Under the pieces are notes generated by a model. That model saw only the letters and a list, made by a program, of their open reading frames with translations, searched no databases and had not been told where the DNA came from. Below, in pieces: positions 31,546 to 41,452 of a stretch of DNA of 64,000 nucleotides (within the stretch, counting starts at the first letter, position 1; each line of letters opens with the position of its first letter). Position numbers and translations under genes: made by a program. The stretch is from the NCBI GenBank assembly GCA_041749595.1, contig JBGTBA010000064.1:242-64241 (forward strand), given 5' to 3'. The stretch is from Flavobacteriaceae bacterium (GTDB lineage: Bacteria; Bacteroidota; Bacteroidia; Flavobacteriales; Flavobacteriaceae).

Positions 31546-32475
31546 ATGGTCAAGCAGCCAAAAACCTCTTTAATTATCCTTGCCTTCTTTGCCATTTATG
31601 TTATTTGGGGCTCTACCTATTTGCTCAATAAAATTGCAGTTACCGAACTACCCCCTTTTATGTTGGCCGCTATACGATTTATGAGTGCCGGACTTCTCAT
31701 TTTTGTCATTGCCAAGTTCATGGGCATTCCTTTAAGCATTACTGCGAAGCAATTGAAAAATACAGTAATGGCCGGATTTCTGTTCCTAACCTTTGGAAAC
31801 GGCATAGTGGTTTGGGCCCTTAAATTTGTGGACAGTGGTTTTGCGGCTTTGGAAATATCGGCGCAACCTTTGGTTATATTGCTCTTGATGCGGGTTTTGC
31901 AAGGTAAAAAAATTAAAACTATGTCCGTAGTGGGTGTGGTGTTGGGCATCATTGGGATTTATTTATTGGTTAGTCAGAAACAGGTCATTACCCAAGAAGG
32001 TTCAATCGCCGGGATGATCATGATTTTCTTTTGCATGGTAAGTTGGGCATACGGGAGTCTTTTTGTAGGTAAGGCGGATCTCCCCTCAAATTATTTTGTA
32101 AATACAGGATATCAAATGGTAACAGGAGGCATAATGCTATTGGTAGCCAGTTTGTTTTTTGGTGAACCTTGGTCACTGCCGACCGAGTGGAGCACATCGG
32201 TACAAATTTCTATGGTTTTGCTTATCATTTTTGGCAGCATCGTGGCGTTTACGTCTTTTAACTACCTTTTAAAAACGGTTTCACCCGAAAAAGTAGCCAC
32301 CTCTACCTATGTCAATCCCATTGTAGCGTTGGTATTGGGCTGGTATTTTTTAAAGGAACAAATCTCCCCACAATCTGTTTTGGCCGCTATCTTGATGCTT
32401 ACCGGTGTCTATTTTATCAACACTAAGAAAAAACTGGCTTTGTTTTCGCGGTTCACAAGTGTTGGTAAATCATGA
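31546..32475 (+). CDS. EamA/DMT transporter (YedA-like)
   Basis: YVIWGSTY, YVNPIVA, about 10 TM helices. Confidence 0.9.
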   Translation: MVKQPKTSLIILAFFAIYVIWGSTYLLNKIAVTELPPFMLAAIRFMSAGLLIFVIAKFMGIPLSITAKQLKNTVMAGFLFLTFGNGIVVWALKFVDSGFAALEISAQPLVILLLMRVLQGKKIKTMSVVGVVLGIIGIYLLVSQKQVITQEGSIAGMIMIFFCMVSWAYGSLFVGKADLPSNYFVNTGYQMVTGGIMLLVASLFFGEPWSLPTEWSTSVQISMVLLIIFGSIVAFTSFNYLLKTVSPEKVATSTYVNPIVALVLGWYFLKEQISPQSVLAAILMLTGVYFINTKKKLALFSRFTSVGKS

Positions 32476-32540
32476 AAGATGTGTTTGAAATCCACCTAAC
32501 TTTTTATGCATCCATACAGGGGAACTTAAAAGGGCTTGAG

Positions 32541-33356
32541 CTATTTCGTTTCAAATAAAATGGGATTCAACGGTGTGTTTATTACTTTACCAATTTCAGA
32601 TCCAGGACACCATGTATCCCAATCATCCTGTTGCCCTTTATTGCTTGGTTTTTTAAGTTTCATTTCAATGTCCATATAAATAATGGTCATTACTTTCCTA
32701 GTTTCATTAGTTGAGTTTGCTCCTGCCCGATGAAATACCCAACCTGAATGGAAGCTTATTTCCCCAACATCAAAAGGTTCAACGATATGTTCGTAATGGG
32801 TTATTTTAAGTCTGTTATTGATGGCATTTTCACTTTCGCTGCTTATAGATAAGTTGCGACCTTCCATAATTGCCTGACTTCCGGCACTAAATTCCAAAGG
32901 ACCCATTTTCAAAGGCGTGGCCTGTAGCGGAATCCAGGCAGTGATGGTCTTATCCGTTTCAAGGGGCCAATAGTGTTGGTCTGCGTGCCAAGGGGTGATG
33001 CCTCCTCCGGGTTCCTTAAATAAGGCTTGGTCATGGTATAAACGAACACCTGTAACCTGCATTAATTCTGATGCAATTTTAGCCAAACGTTCGCTTAGTA
33101 TAAACTGTTTTATGATTTCGTCATGGGTCCAAAGGTTGAACATTTGTATAAATGCCTTTCCATACGTATCACGATCTTCCAAAGGGATGGAAGATGTATT
33201 CATTTTATCAACTTTTTCGGAAATAACGCGGTTAAAAAACGCCAATGTTTCCTTATCAAGAACGTCTTTGAGTTTTATAAATTCGTTTTTTTTGTAAAAG
33301 TCAATCTGTTCTTTGGTCAACCTATACGGCTGGTTCAAAATGGGAAGGTCTATCAT
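32541..33356 (-). CDS. Phytanoyl-CoA dioxygenase (PhyH) family Fe(II)/2-OG oxygenase
   Basis: LFKEPGG, WHAD and distal FH...H facial triad. Confidence 0.88.
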   Translation of the reverse strand: MIDLPILNQPYRLTKEQIDFYKKNEFIKLKDVLDKETLAFFNRVISEKVDKMNTSSIPLEDRDTYGKAFIQMFNLWTHDEIIKQFILSERLAKIASELMQVTGVRLYHDQALFKEPGGGITPWHADQHYWPLETDKTITAWIPLQATPLKMGPLEFSAGSQAIMEGRNLSISSESENAINNRLKITHYEHIVEPFDVGEISFHSGWVFHRAGANSTNETRKVMTIIYMDIEMKLKKPSNKGQQDDWDTWCPGSEIGKVINTPLNPILFETK

Positions 33357-33471
33357 CACTTTGTTTTTGTACAAAATTAAATGGGAATTAAAAGTATGAT
33401 TATTTAGATTTTAACCAATACTATGCATATTTAAACATATAAGATTATATTTATACTTTAAATTAGTTAAT

Positions 33472-34323
33472 ATGAAACCTACAATCGAAAAAATTGGATA
33501 TGAGAGCACAAAAAAATCGTTCCATTTTTTTCGGCGTGAAGAGTTGGAATTCCAACCGTTTTGGCATTATCATCCCGAATTGGAATTGACCTTGATCACT
33601 AATGGGAGCGGTATGCGTTTTATAGGTGACAACATCATGCCCTATACTAAGAACGACCTTGTTTTAATAGGATCAAATCTCCCGCACCATTGGGTATCTT
33701 TTAAAAAAGTCGATAGTGCGCCACAGGCCGCCACTGTATTTCAATTTCGGGAAACCTTATTTGCAGGATTTCCGGAGTGTGATGGCTTGGGTAATTTGTT
33801 CAGTGCTGCAAAAAGAGGGCTGCACTATAGAAATCCAGACGAAAAACTAGTAGAAACCATTCTAAATTTTGATTCTTACCCAGAACTAAAACGATTTAGC
33901 ATGTTTTTTGACATACTTTTTGAACTATCCATGGATTTCGATAGGGTGGGTCTTTCCAATATAGCATACGAAAGAGGCTTGGGAAACGACAAAAATCAAT
34001 CCAAAATAACAAAAACCACTTCCTTTGTTTTAGAGCACTTACAAGAGAAATTAACGATTGCCGAAATGGCGGATAGAACCAATATGGTACCCCAGTCTTT
34101 TTGTAGATGGTTCAAGTCCATGACAGGTCGTTCATTCATTACTTTTCTTAATATGGCCAGGATCACAAAGGCTAGTCAATATCTAATCACAACAGATACG
34201 CCCATTCAGGAAATAGCCTATATATGCGGCTTTGAAAGCATAAGCCATTTTAATAGAACGTTCAAGATTATAAAAAAGAAAAGTCCCAGAGAGTTAAGAA
34301 ATAAAGGCATCAATAAAAAATAA
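33472..34323 (+). CDS. AraC family regulator (cupin sensor)
   Basis: WHYHPELEL; C-terminal HTH CGFESISHFNRTFK; divergent from PhyH. Confidence 0.93.
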   Translation: MKPTIEKIGYESTKKSFHFFRREELEFQPFWHYHPELELTLITNGSGMRFIGDNIMPYTKNDLVLIGSNLPHHWVSFKKVDSAPQAATVFQFRETLFAGFPECDGLGNLFSAAKRGLHYRNPDEKLVETILNFDSYPELKRFSMFFDILFELSMDFDRVGLSNIAYERGLGNDKNQSKITKTTSFVLEHLQEKLTIAEMADRTNMVPQSFCRWFKSMTGRSFITFLNMARITKASQYLITTDTPIQEIAYICGFESISHFNRTFKIIKKKSPRELRNKGINKK

Positions 34324-34368
34324 ATCGCTACATTGAGAAACTATTTCATTTTAGAAACCAACTTAACC

Positions 34369-35064
34369 ATGAAAAACAGATTATATTTTTTAACTTTTAT
34401 CGGACTTCTCGTGGGCTGTCAGGCGCAGCAGACCCAATCCCTTTTTAACGGCACCGACCTTGGTGGTTGGCACGTAGATGTTCCGGAAATGGATACCATT
34501 CCCGAAGCCATAAATCCCTTTATAGTGCGGAATGGTTTGTTGGTGAGCCTCGGCAATCCGCAAGGCCATTTAATTACCGATGCGGTGTATGCCAACTTTA
34601 GGCTGGACATAGAGTACCGATTTGCAGGCGAGCCGGGCAACTGCGGGGTGTTGGTTTTTGCATCCACGCCCAGGGCACTTTATAAAATGTTCCCAAAATC
34701 CATAGAAGTACAGATGATGCATGAAAATGCCGGCGATTTTTGGTGCATTGTAGAGGATATTTTGGCCGATAATATGATAGAACGCCGGGGTCCCAAAGAA
34801 AATTGGGGCATTACGGAGGGTAAGGAACGGCGAATTAAAAACCTAACCGACGGATCTGAAAAGCCGCTGGGCCAGTGGAACGCGATGACCGTAGAATGTG
34901 TAAAAAACGAAATAAAAGTCTGGGTCAATGGCGATTTTGTAAACCACGGTTACAATGCCACCGCCAGTAGTGGCAATATCGCTTTACAGGCAGAAGGTGC
35001 GGAAGTGGAATTTCGGAAAGTGGATATAACGCCTATTACTTCGTTTAGTGAGCCGGGAAAATAG
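34369..35064 (+). CDS. DUF1080 (3-keto-disaccharide hydrolase-like) lipoprotein
   Basis: LVGC lipobox, LFNGTDLGGW, GNCGV, IEVQ, GQWN, IALQ. Confidence 0.85.
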   Translation: MKNRLYFLTFIGLLVGCQAQQTQSLFNGTDLGGWHVDVPEMDTIPEAINPFIVRNGLLVSLGNPQGHLITDAVYANFRLDIEYRFAGEPGNCGVLVFASTPRALYKMFPKSIEVQMMHENAGDFWCIVEDILADNMIERRGPKENWGITEGKERRIKNLTDGSEKPLGQWNAMTVECVKNEIKVWVNGDFVNHGYNATASSGNIALQAEGAEVEFRKVDITPITSFSEPGK

Positions 35065-35086
35065 CGTTTTAACTTCCGGTTGCCTA

Positions 35087-35232
35087 TTACCGCCAATGCT
35101 AAAAAGACAACGACAGTGAACAAAATGAACGACAGAAATAAAATGCCAACCGCACATTCAGGCACATTTGCTTGCCCCAACACACGGTCGACCGCTTCGC
35201 AAGCAAAAGAGCCTTAATTTTTGCCAACGCAC
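35087..35232 (+). repeat. Structured left-flank element of the helicase insert
   Basis: Stem ggcacatttgcttgc (35161-35175)/gcaagcaaaagagcc (35199-35213) bracketed by GCCAAC(C)GCAC motifs at 35145 and 35223. Confidence 0.55.
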
Positions 35233-35244
35233 TAAGGAACAAGA

Positions 35245-38200
35245 ATGGAACTGACAGAAAAATTATTAAATGAACTTCAAAGGAGACTGAAGATAGGTAA
35301 TCGCAGGGGCGTTCACCTAAATGCAATACCTGCAAATTCAAGATATAAGTTTGATTTAAACAGACTTTCTTATATTGACAAGAATCTTCCTGACAGCTTC
35401 ATAAAGGCATTACTTTCAGAACAACCATTAAAATTTAGAATTAGTTGGAAGGACAATGTTCCAGACTTAAATACACTTTTTGAAGAAGACCAAACGCAAT
35501 TAGTCAGGATTACAAAATCCTTTTAAAATTTAATTAATCAGACAGAAGCGATTGAATCAGAAAAAGGAATCAACACCTTCGGATTCGGTTTTCCAATTGT
35601 TGTTAGACGTGACCAATCAGACAACAAACTCACGGTCGCTCCTATTCTAATTTGGTCGTTGCGAATAAAAAGAACCAAAGAATTCAACACTTGGGAAATT
35701 AACAGAAATGAAGACGACCCGATTTATTTGAATGAAGTTTTAATCAATCATTTACAATCGGATTCAAATATTGAGATTGAGCAGATTCCAAGTGAAATGT
35801 TAGATGATGGGCTAATCACAAAGGATGAATTACTTGAAATATGTGTGAAGCTTATTAAGGAAATAAACACTTCCGTTCCGTCTGACATTAAAGAAGCATT
35901 TATCAAGAAACTTGATAACATTGTTTCAATTGGCGATAAAAATCATTACGAAAAACTTCCTATCAATTCCACCAATGCACTTATTGACTTTGGTGGATTG
36001 TTTTCAATTTTTGAAGTCCAAAAACAAAACATCATAAATGACTATGGTAATTTGATGGATTTGGAAGGTCTAAATATTGACCTTGACGACCTAGAAAATC
36101 ATACTTTTCAGCCAATTCATCAGTAGAAACAGACCCTTCACAACAAGGTATTTTACATTCTTTAGAAGCAACAAGAAATATTCTTATTCAAGGTCCTCCA
36201 GGAACAGGAAAAAGTCAAACATTATCTGCAATCCTTATCAACGCATTAGAGAATCAGAGAAAGACCATTGTGGTTTGTGAAAAAAGAACGGCTTTGGAAG
36301 TCTTACATAATGCACTAATCGAGAAAAATCTAAATTATCACTGTGTTTTAATTCGAGACATTGTGAAAGACCGTAAAACTGTTGTTGATTCGGTTAGAGA
36401 CAGAGTTGACAACTCATCTTATCGAAGATACCGCTACACATATTCCAAGGAATCACTTGACAACCTAATTAAAAAAGCCAAAAGCCTTATTGAGTCCATT
36501 AATGGAAAGCATAAAAAGCTAGATGAAAAGTTATTGGGAGACAAGTCTTGGACTGACATTGTAGGCACTCTTTTGTCTGAACTCAATGGAATTAGTGAAG
36601 ACCATACTTTAAACATTGATAAATCGCAATTCAAGTATAATTCTCAAGAATTAAACGAGCTTATTGAATTAGTTCAGAAAGGCCAAAGTCTCTACTCAAG
36701 TTACCAATCTTACGATTCAACTTCATTTCTCAACTCAAAAAAATTAGTTGGAGAAAACCCATATGTTATTGAGCAAGGAATTAACGATTCATTTGAAGAT
36801 TATGAAAAGTCTCTTCAAAAAGTATATGAACTCGAATCGAAATATAAAAGCGAGTATTTCAAACTAAGAAAAGCTGAGCTTTCAGAGCAAATCCAAAGTG
36901 GAAAACAGATACAAGATTCAATAGACTCCATTTATACAGAGCATAAATCCAATCCTGATTTTCTGAATGAAGAAAAAACTAATGGCTTGCTATATAAAGC
37001 AATAACAATTTTTTCTCAGCCAAAAAAGAAGGTCGTCCAAGACCAAAAGCAAATCAAAAGCCTTTTTACAAGTCTCGCAAATCATTATTCAAAGTGTGCT
37101 GACCTTAAAGATTTCCATATTTCACAATCTATTAAAAGTAATTTGAAAAGGATTGATGAATCCAATAATCTGATAGAGCAGACTAGTTCTGATTTTCAAT
37201 CTAAAATTGAAAATGAATATGACTCAATTGATGTTATAGAATTTTCAAGTCCTGAATATCAGACAGCAATTTTAAAATCACTGAAAGAAAATTGTTCACT
37301 TCTAAGAGAGAAAATAAAGTCTGATAGTTGGTCATTTAATAAAATTCACGCCAGTGAATTCAACGATTTTATTAGAGCAGTTGAAAAAATAATTCAGGAT
37401 AAAAAAGATTATTTCAACAATGAAAATGACATTTTTACCACAGAATTTAAATGGTTTCAATTTTCCAACGGTCTTTCTAATGAAGCCAAACTTCTTGTCA
37501 ATGAATTGAAAGATAAAAAGGATTGGCGAAAGTCTTTTCTAATCCATTATCTAAATTCAATGCTCGTAAATTCCGCAAACGTTGATTTGCCGACAAATGA
37601 TTCTGAACACATAGAGCTAAATGGTACTTTGGGTGGTTTAGAGAAAGAGCAATTGAAATATATCCGTGAATTTTGGTTCTCAATGCAAATTGACACAACA
37701 AGAGATTTTGAACAGCGAAACTCGAATCTCTCCGTTGAGAATTTATACAATAAGCGGAGTAGCAACCGATTTAAGAGACTTTCATTAAGGCAAATAGTGC
37801 AGTATGACGCTGATTTGTTCACTACCTTTTTTCCGATAATTCTAACTTCTCCTGATGTAGCAAGTAACCTATTTAAAGAGATGAATGGCTATTTTGACAT
37901 TGTAATGTTTGATGAAGCCAGTCAGTTACGTTTGGAAGACAACTTGCCAGCAATTTTGAAAGGAAAGCAGATAATTATTGCAGGTGATGAACACCAAATG
38001 CCTCCTTCAAATTACTTTAGTAAGGTCTTTGATGGTACTATTGAAGACGAAGACGACATAGATGAAGAAGATGAAATTGTAGTAGATAGAGATAATATCC
38101 TTTTGTCCTGTGAATCCCTTTTAGACTTTGGTTCAGAACTCAATTTTGAGAAACGTCACCTTGATTTTCATTACAGGTCAAGACACCCCTACCTAATAGA

Positions 38201-39623
38201 TTTTTCTAATTACGCTTTTTACAATCAAAGACTTAAACCTCTACCTAATACATTTGATTACACACCAATAAAATACATTCAAGTAAATGGTACTTTTTCA
38301 GACCACATCAATGATGCAGAAGCTGAAATGGTTTTGTCAATACTTGAGAACAATATTAATCGCCTTCCAAACGGAGAATATCCAACAGTTGGAATTGCAA
38401 CGTTTAATATTGCTCAGAGAAATCACATAAAAAGTAAAATCTTAGAAAGGCAAAAATTCTCAAAGTTTGAAGAGTTCAATGCCAAAATTCAGGAGTTAGA
38501 AGAAAACGGAATGTTCATCAAGAACTTAGAGAATATTCAAGGAGATGAACGAGATGTTATTATTCTGTCAACTACTTACGGCCCCGGAAAAGATGGGAAA
38601 TTTGCACAGCGATTTGGCCCCATTAATCATTCCAAAGGCTACAAGCTTTTAAACGTAATCATTACAAGGGCAAAGTATAAAGTTTACGTCTGTTCATCTG
38701 TTCCAGAAAAATACTTTATGGATTATAAGTCTTCTCTAGTAACGGAAGGCTCAAACAATAAGCGAGCAGTTTTCTACGCATATTTAGCATATAGTAAAGC
38801 TGTAAGTGAAGGCAATAATGATTCAAGAATTGCAATTTTGACGGCACTCAGTGAAAATTCAACAAAAAGCACATCATTCAATGTTGGCAATTTTGGAGAG
38901 TTGGAATCACCTTTTGAAGAAGAAGTTTATCAGCGTTTGGTTGATGAAGTGGACGAATCAAAGCTAATTCCGCAAATGAAGGTATCCGAGTTTCGAATTG
39001 ATATTGTTTACGACCCAAAAATTGCAGGAGTGCCAAAAATTGCAATTGAATGTGATGGAGCAAAGTATCATTCAAGCAGAGAAGCATATTTGCACGACCG
39101 CCACAGACAAAAAACTCTAGAAAGTCACGGTTTTGTATTCCACAGGATTTGGAGCACGAATTGGTGGAGAAATCCGCAGAAAGAAACAAAACGATTAATT
39201 GAGTTTATAAGAAGTGTTGAATCAAGGAACGACTATAACTTAACTGACCATTCAAAAACATCATTTGCATTTACAGACGAGTTTCAAATGGTTGAAAATT
39301 ATGTTGCTCAAACAACCTTTATCAATACCAACAATGAGATTGCGACAATAAAAAGCATTGAAAAGAAGGAAGATAAGCAAGCCAGACTTTTTAAAGACGA
39401 AATTAACTTAGGAAGTAAAGTGACGGTAAAATATATGAACAACGGTAAAGACATCAAAGTACATATCGTTGAGACAGCTAACAAGAATGAATTATCTAAT
39501 GGAATTCAAAAAATAAGTTTGAAATCTCCTTTAGCGACATCAATTCTTGGACATACAGTTGGAGACATAGTAAAGATTGGTAATCTTGACAATTTTATAG
39601 AAATAATTGAAGTAAAGAACTAA
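35245..39623 (+). pseudogene. Disrupted SF1 (UPF1/DNA2-like) helicase - Vsr/DUF559-like nuclease - GreA/GreB C-terminal fusion
   Basis: One gene split by an in-frame TAA (35524-35526) and a 1-nt frameshift near 36116. Walker A GPPGTGKS at 36192-36215 lies upstream of the listed ORF start. FDEASQ, GDEHQ, HYRS, IQGDE, NVIITRA, ESPFE..IECDG..RIWSTNW, ISLKSPLA..LG. AT-rich relative to neighbours. Confidence 0.88.
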
Positions 39624-39770
39624 TGCCGACCCGTCATAGCCACACACACCTTCCCGCACGGCAAGCGGGTTGCCAAGTTGCACCCCTGTCCTGAGCTTGC
39701 CAAAGGAAGCCAACGCTAAAACCCATCCCGATAGCTATCGGGAGGCCGCATGTGGCTGTCCTACCGCACC
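39624..39770 (+). repeat. Structured right-flank element carrying nested REP-like palindromes
   Basis: Outer stem agccaca (39638)/tgtggct (39751); perfect 18-bp palindrome tcccgatagctatcggga at 39726-39743; cccgc/gcggg hairpin; cctgagcttgccaaagg unit. Confidence 0.6.
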
Positions 39771-40062
39771 ACCAAAACGACCGACAAAAAAGAGAACGAA
39801 GAAAAAATATAGTTTGAAAAGATATTAAAGTACTACTAATAAACAATTTAAACGCCATTACTTCAACTAAAACCAAAGCATGTCATTTTCTGGCAAAAGA
39901 GTAGCTATCTTTGCACCAACGAAACACACCTATAGTTATCTTCTATCATTGTAGTGCTCGGTACTTTATGGAATTCGTCTTAGTGCCTTTAAGGTAAACT
40001 AAAAGCGCACTGTGAAAACCGTTCGGGTTAACCGACAGCTAAAAAAGCATCAGAACAGACCC

Positions 40063-41373
40063 ATGGCAAACGATATTAAAGCACAAAAGGATATTCTGGA
40101 AAAATTGAACATCCACCAATTGAATCCCATGCAAGAGGAGGCTATTTCTATTATTGGATCAAATACCAATACCGTTTTGCTCTCTCCTACAGGCACGGGA
40201 AAGACATTGGCATTTCTGTTGCCCATAATCGAACTTTTGGATCCGGACCTGCCCGAAATTCAGGCATTGATTTTGGTGCCTTCCCGGGAACTGGCCCTGC
40301 AAATAGAGCAAGTGGTAAGGGAAATGGGTTCCGGCTATAAGGTAAATGCGGTTTACGGAGGCCGGGCCATGGCCAAAGATAAAATGGAATTGAAGCATAC
40401 GCCTGCCATTTTGATCGGTACACCGGGGCGCATCTCCGATCATATCGATAATGGAAGGATAGTAACAAAATATATAAAGATTTTGGTTTTGGATGAGTTC
40501 GATAAATCTTTGGAAGTCGGTTTTGAGGATGAAATGAAGTTTATTATCGGTGCGTTAGCAAGTATCAACAAACGGATTCTGACCTCGGCCACAAAAAGTG
40601 TGGGTATTCCGGGCTTTGTACGCTTAAACCAACCCATTACCATTGATTATTTGGGAGGTATTTTGCCAAAGTTAACCGTAAAGACTGTGGTTTCTCCCAG
40701 TAAAAATAAGTTACAGACCCTTTTAAACCTCATACAGCATGAAGAAAACCAATCCGGACTTGTGTTTTGCAACCGCAGGGAAAGCATTCAGGAAGTGAGC
40801 CGATTTTTGGATAAAAACGGCGTTGTCCACGGCTGTTTTCATGGGGATATGGAACAAAAGGACAGAGAACGGACCCTCATTAAATTCAGGAACGGCAGTT
40901 ATAAGGTAATTGTAGCTACCGATCTGGCTGCAAGGGGCATTGATATCCCGGAATTGAAGTACATCGTTCATTTTGAACTGCCATTGCATGAAAAGGAATT
41001 TACCCACAGAAATGGAAGAACCGCACGGGTAAATTCTAAAGGCACGGCCTATGTATTGAAATGGGAAAAGGAAGCTTTGCCAAATTTCATAAGCCATGAA
41101 ACCGTGGCCTCTATTGAAAAAAGGACTATTGTTAAACCGCCTTATTGGCAGACCTTGTTGATTTCCGGAGGTCGAAAAGATAAAATTTCCAAGGGTGATA
41201 TTGCCGGATTGTTCTTTAAGCAAGGTCATATAAATCCCGATCAACTGGGGGTGATTGAGTTAAAACATGATTGTACCTTTGTTGCAGTTCCCGCGGAAAT
41301 AGCGGAATCGCTTGTATCTCATTTAAACAACAGTAAACTAAAAAACAAAAAAGTACGCATAATGCCGATTTAA
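40063..41373 (+). CDS. dbpA: DEAD-box RNA helicase with DbpA RNA-binding domain
   Basis: SPTGTGKT, PSRELA, DEFD, SAT, HRNGRTAR; C-terminal GGRKDKISKGDIAG. Confidence 0.85.
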   Translation: MANDIKAQKDILEKLNIHQLNPMQEEAISIIGSNTNTVLLSPTGTGKTLAFLLPIIELLDPDLPEIQALILVPSRELALQIEQVVREMGSGYKVNAVYGGRAMAKDKMELKHTPAILIGTPGRISDHIDNGRIVTKYIKILVLDEFDKSLEVGFEDEMKFIIGALASINKRILTSATKSVGIPGFVRLNQPITIDYLGGILPKLTVKTVVSPSKNKLQTLLNLIQHEENQSGLVFCNRRESIQEVSRFLDKNGVVHGCFHGDMEQKDRERTLIKFRNGSYKVIVATDLAARGIDIPELKYIVHFELPLHEKEFTHRNGRTARVNSKGTAYVLKWEKEALPNFISHETVASIEKRTIVKPPYWQTLLISGGRKDKISKGDIAGLFFKQGHINPDQLGVIELKHDCTFVAVPAEIAESLVSHLNNSKLKNKKVRIMPI

Positions 41374-41452
41374 CTGTGACCTAAAGGAAAAATGATTTTT
41401 TAGCAAATGGCGGGATCGCATTGAATTAATTATAATTTGCAATAAAGCACAG

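Noticed and set aside
35521-36126. Programmed readthrough or frameshifting to express the full helicase
   Set aside because: It would need both TAA readthrough and a frameshift at a site with no slippery heptamer. TAA is a normal stop throughout the window.
39820-39880. attC-like right end for the helicase insert (tactactaataaac...)
   Set aside because: It does not complement the left TTACCGCCAAT and has no closing arm or GTT, so a complete cassette boundary cannot be claimed.
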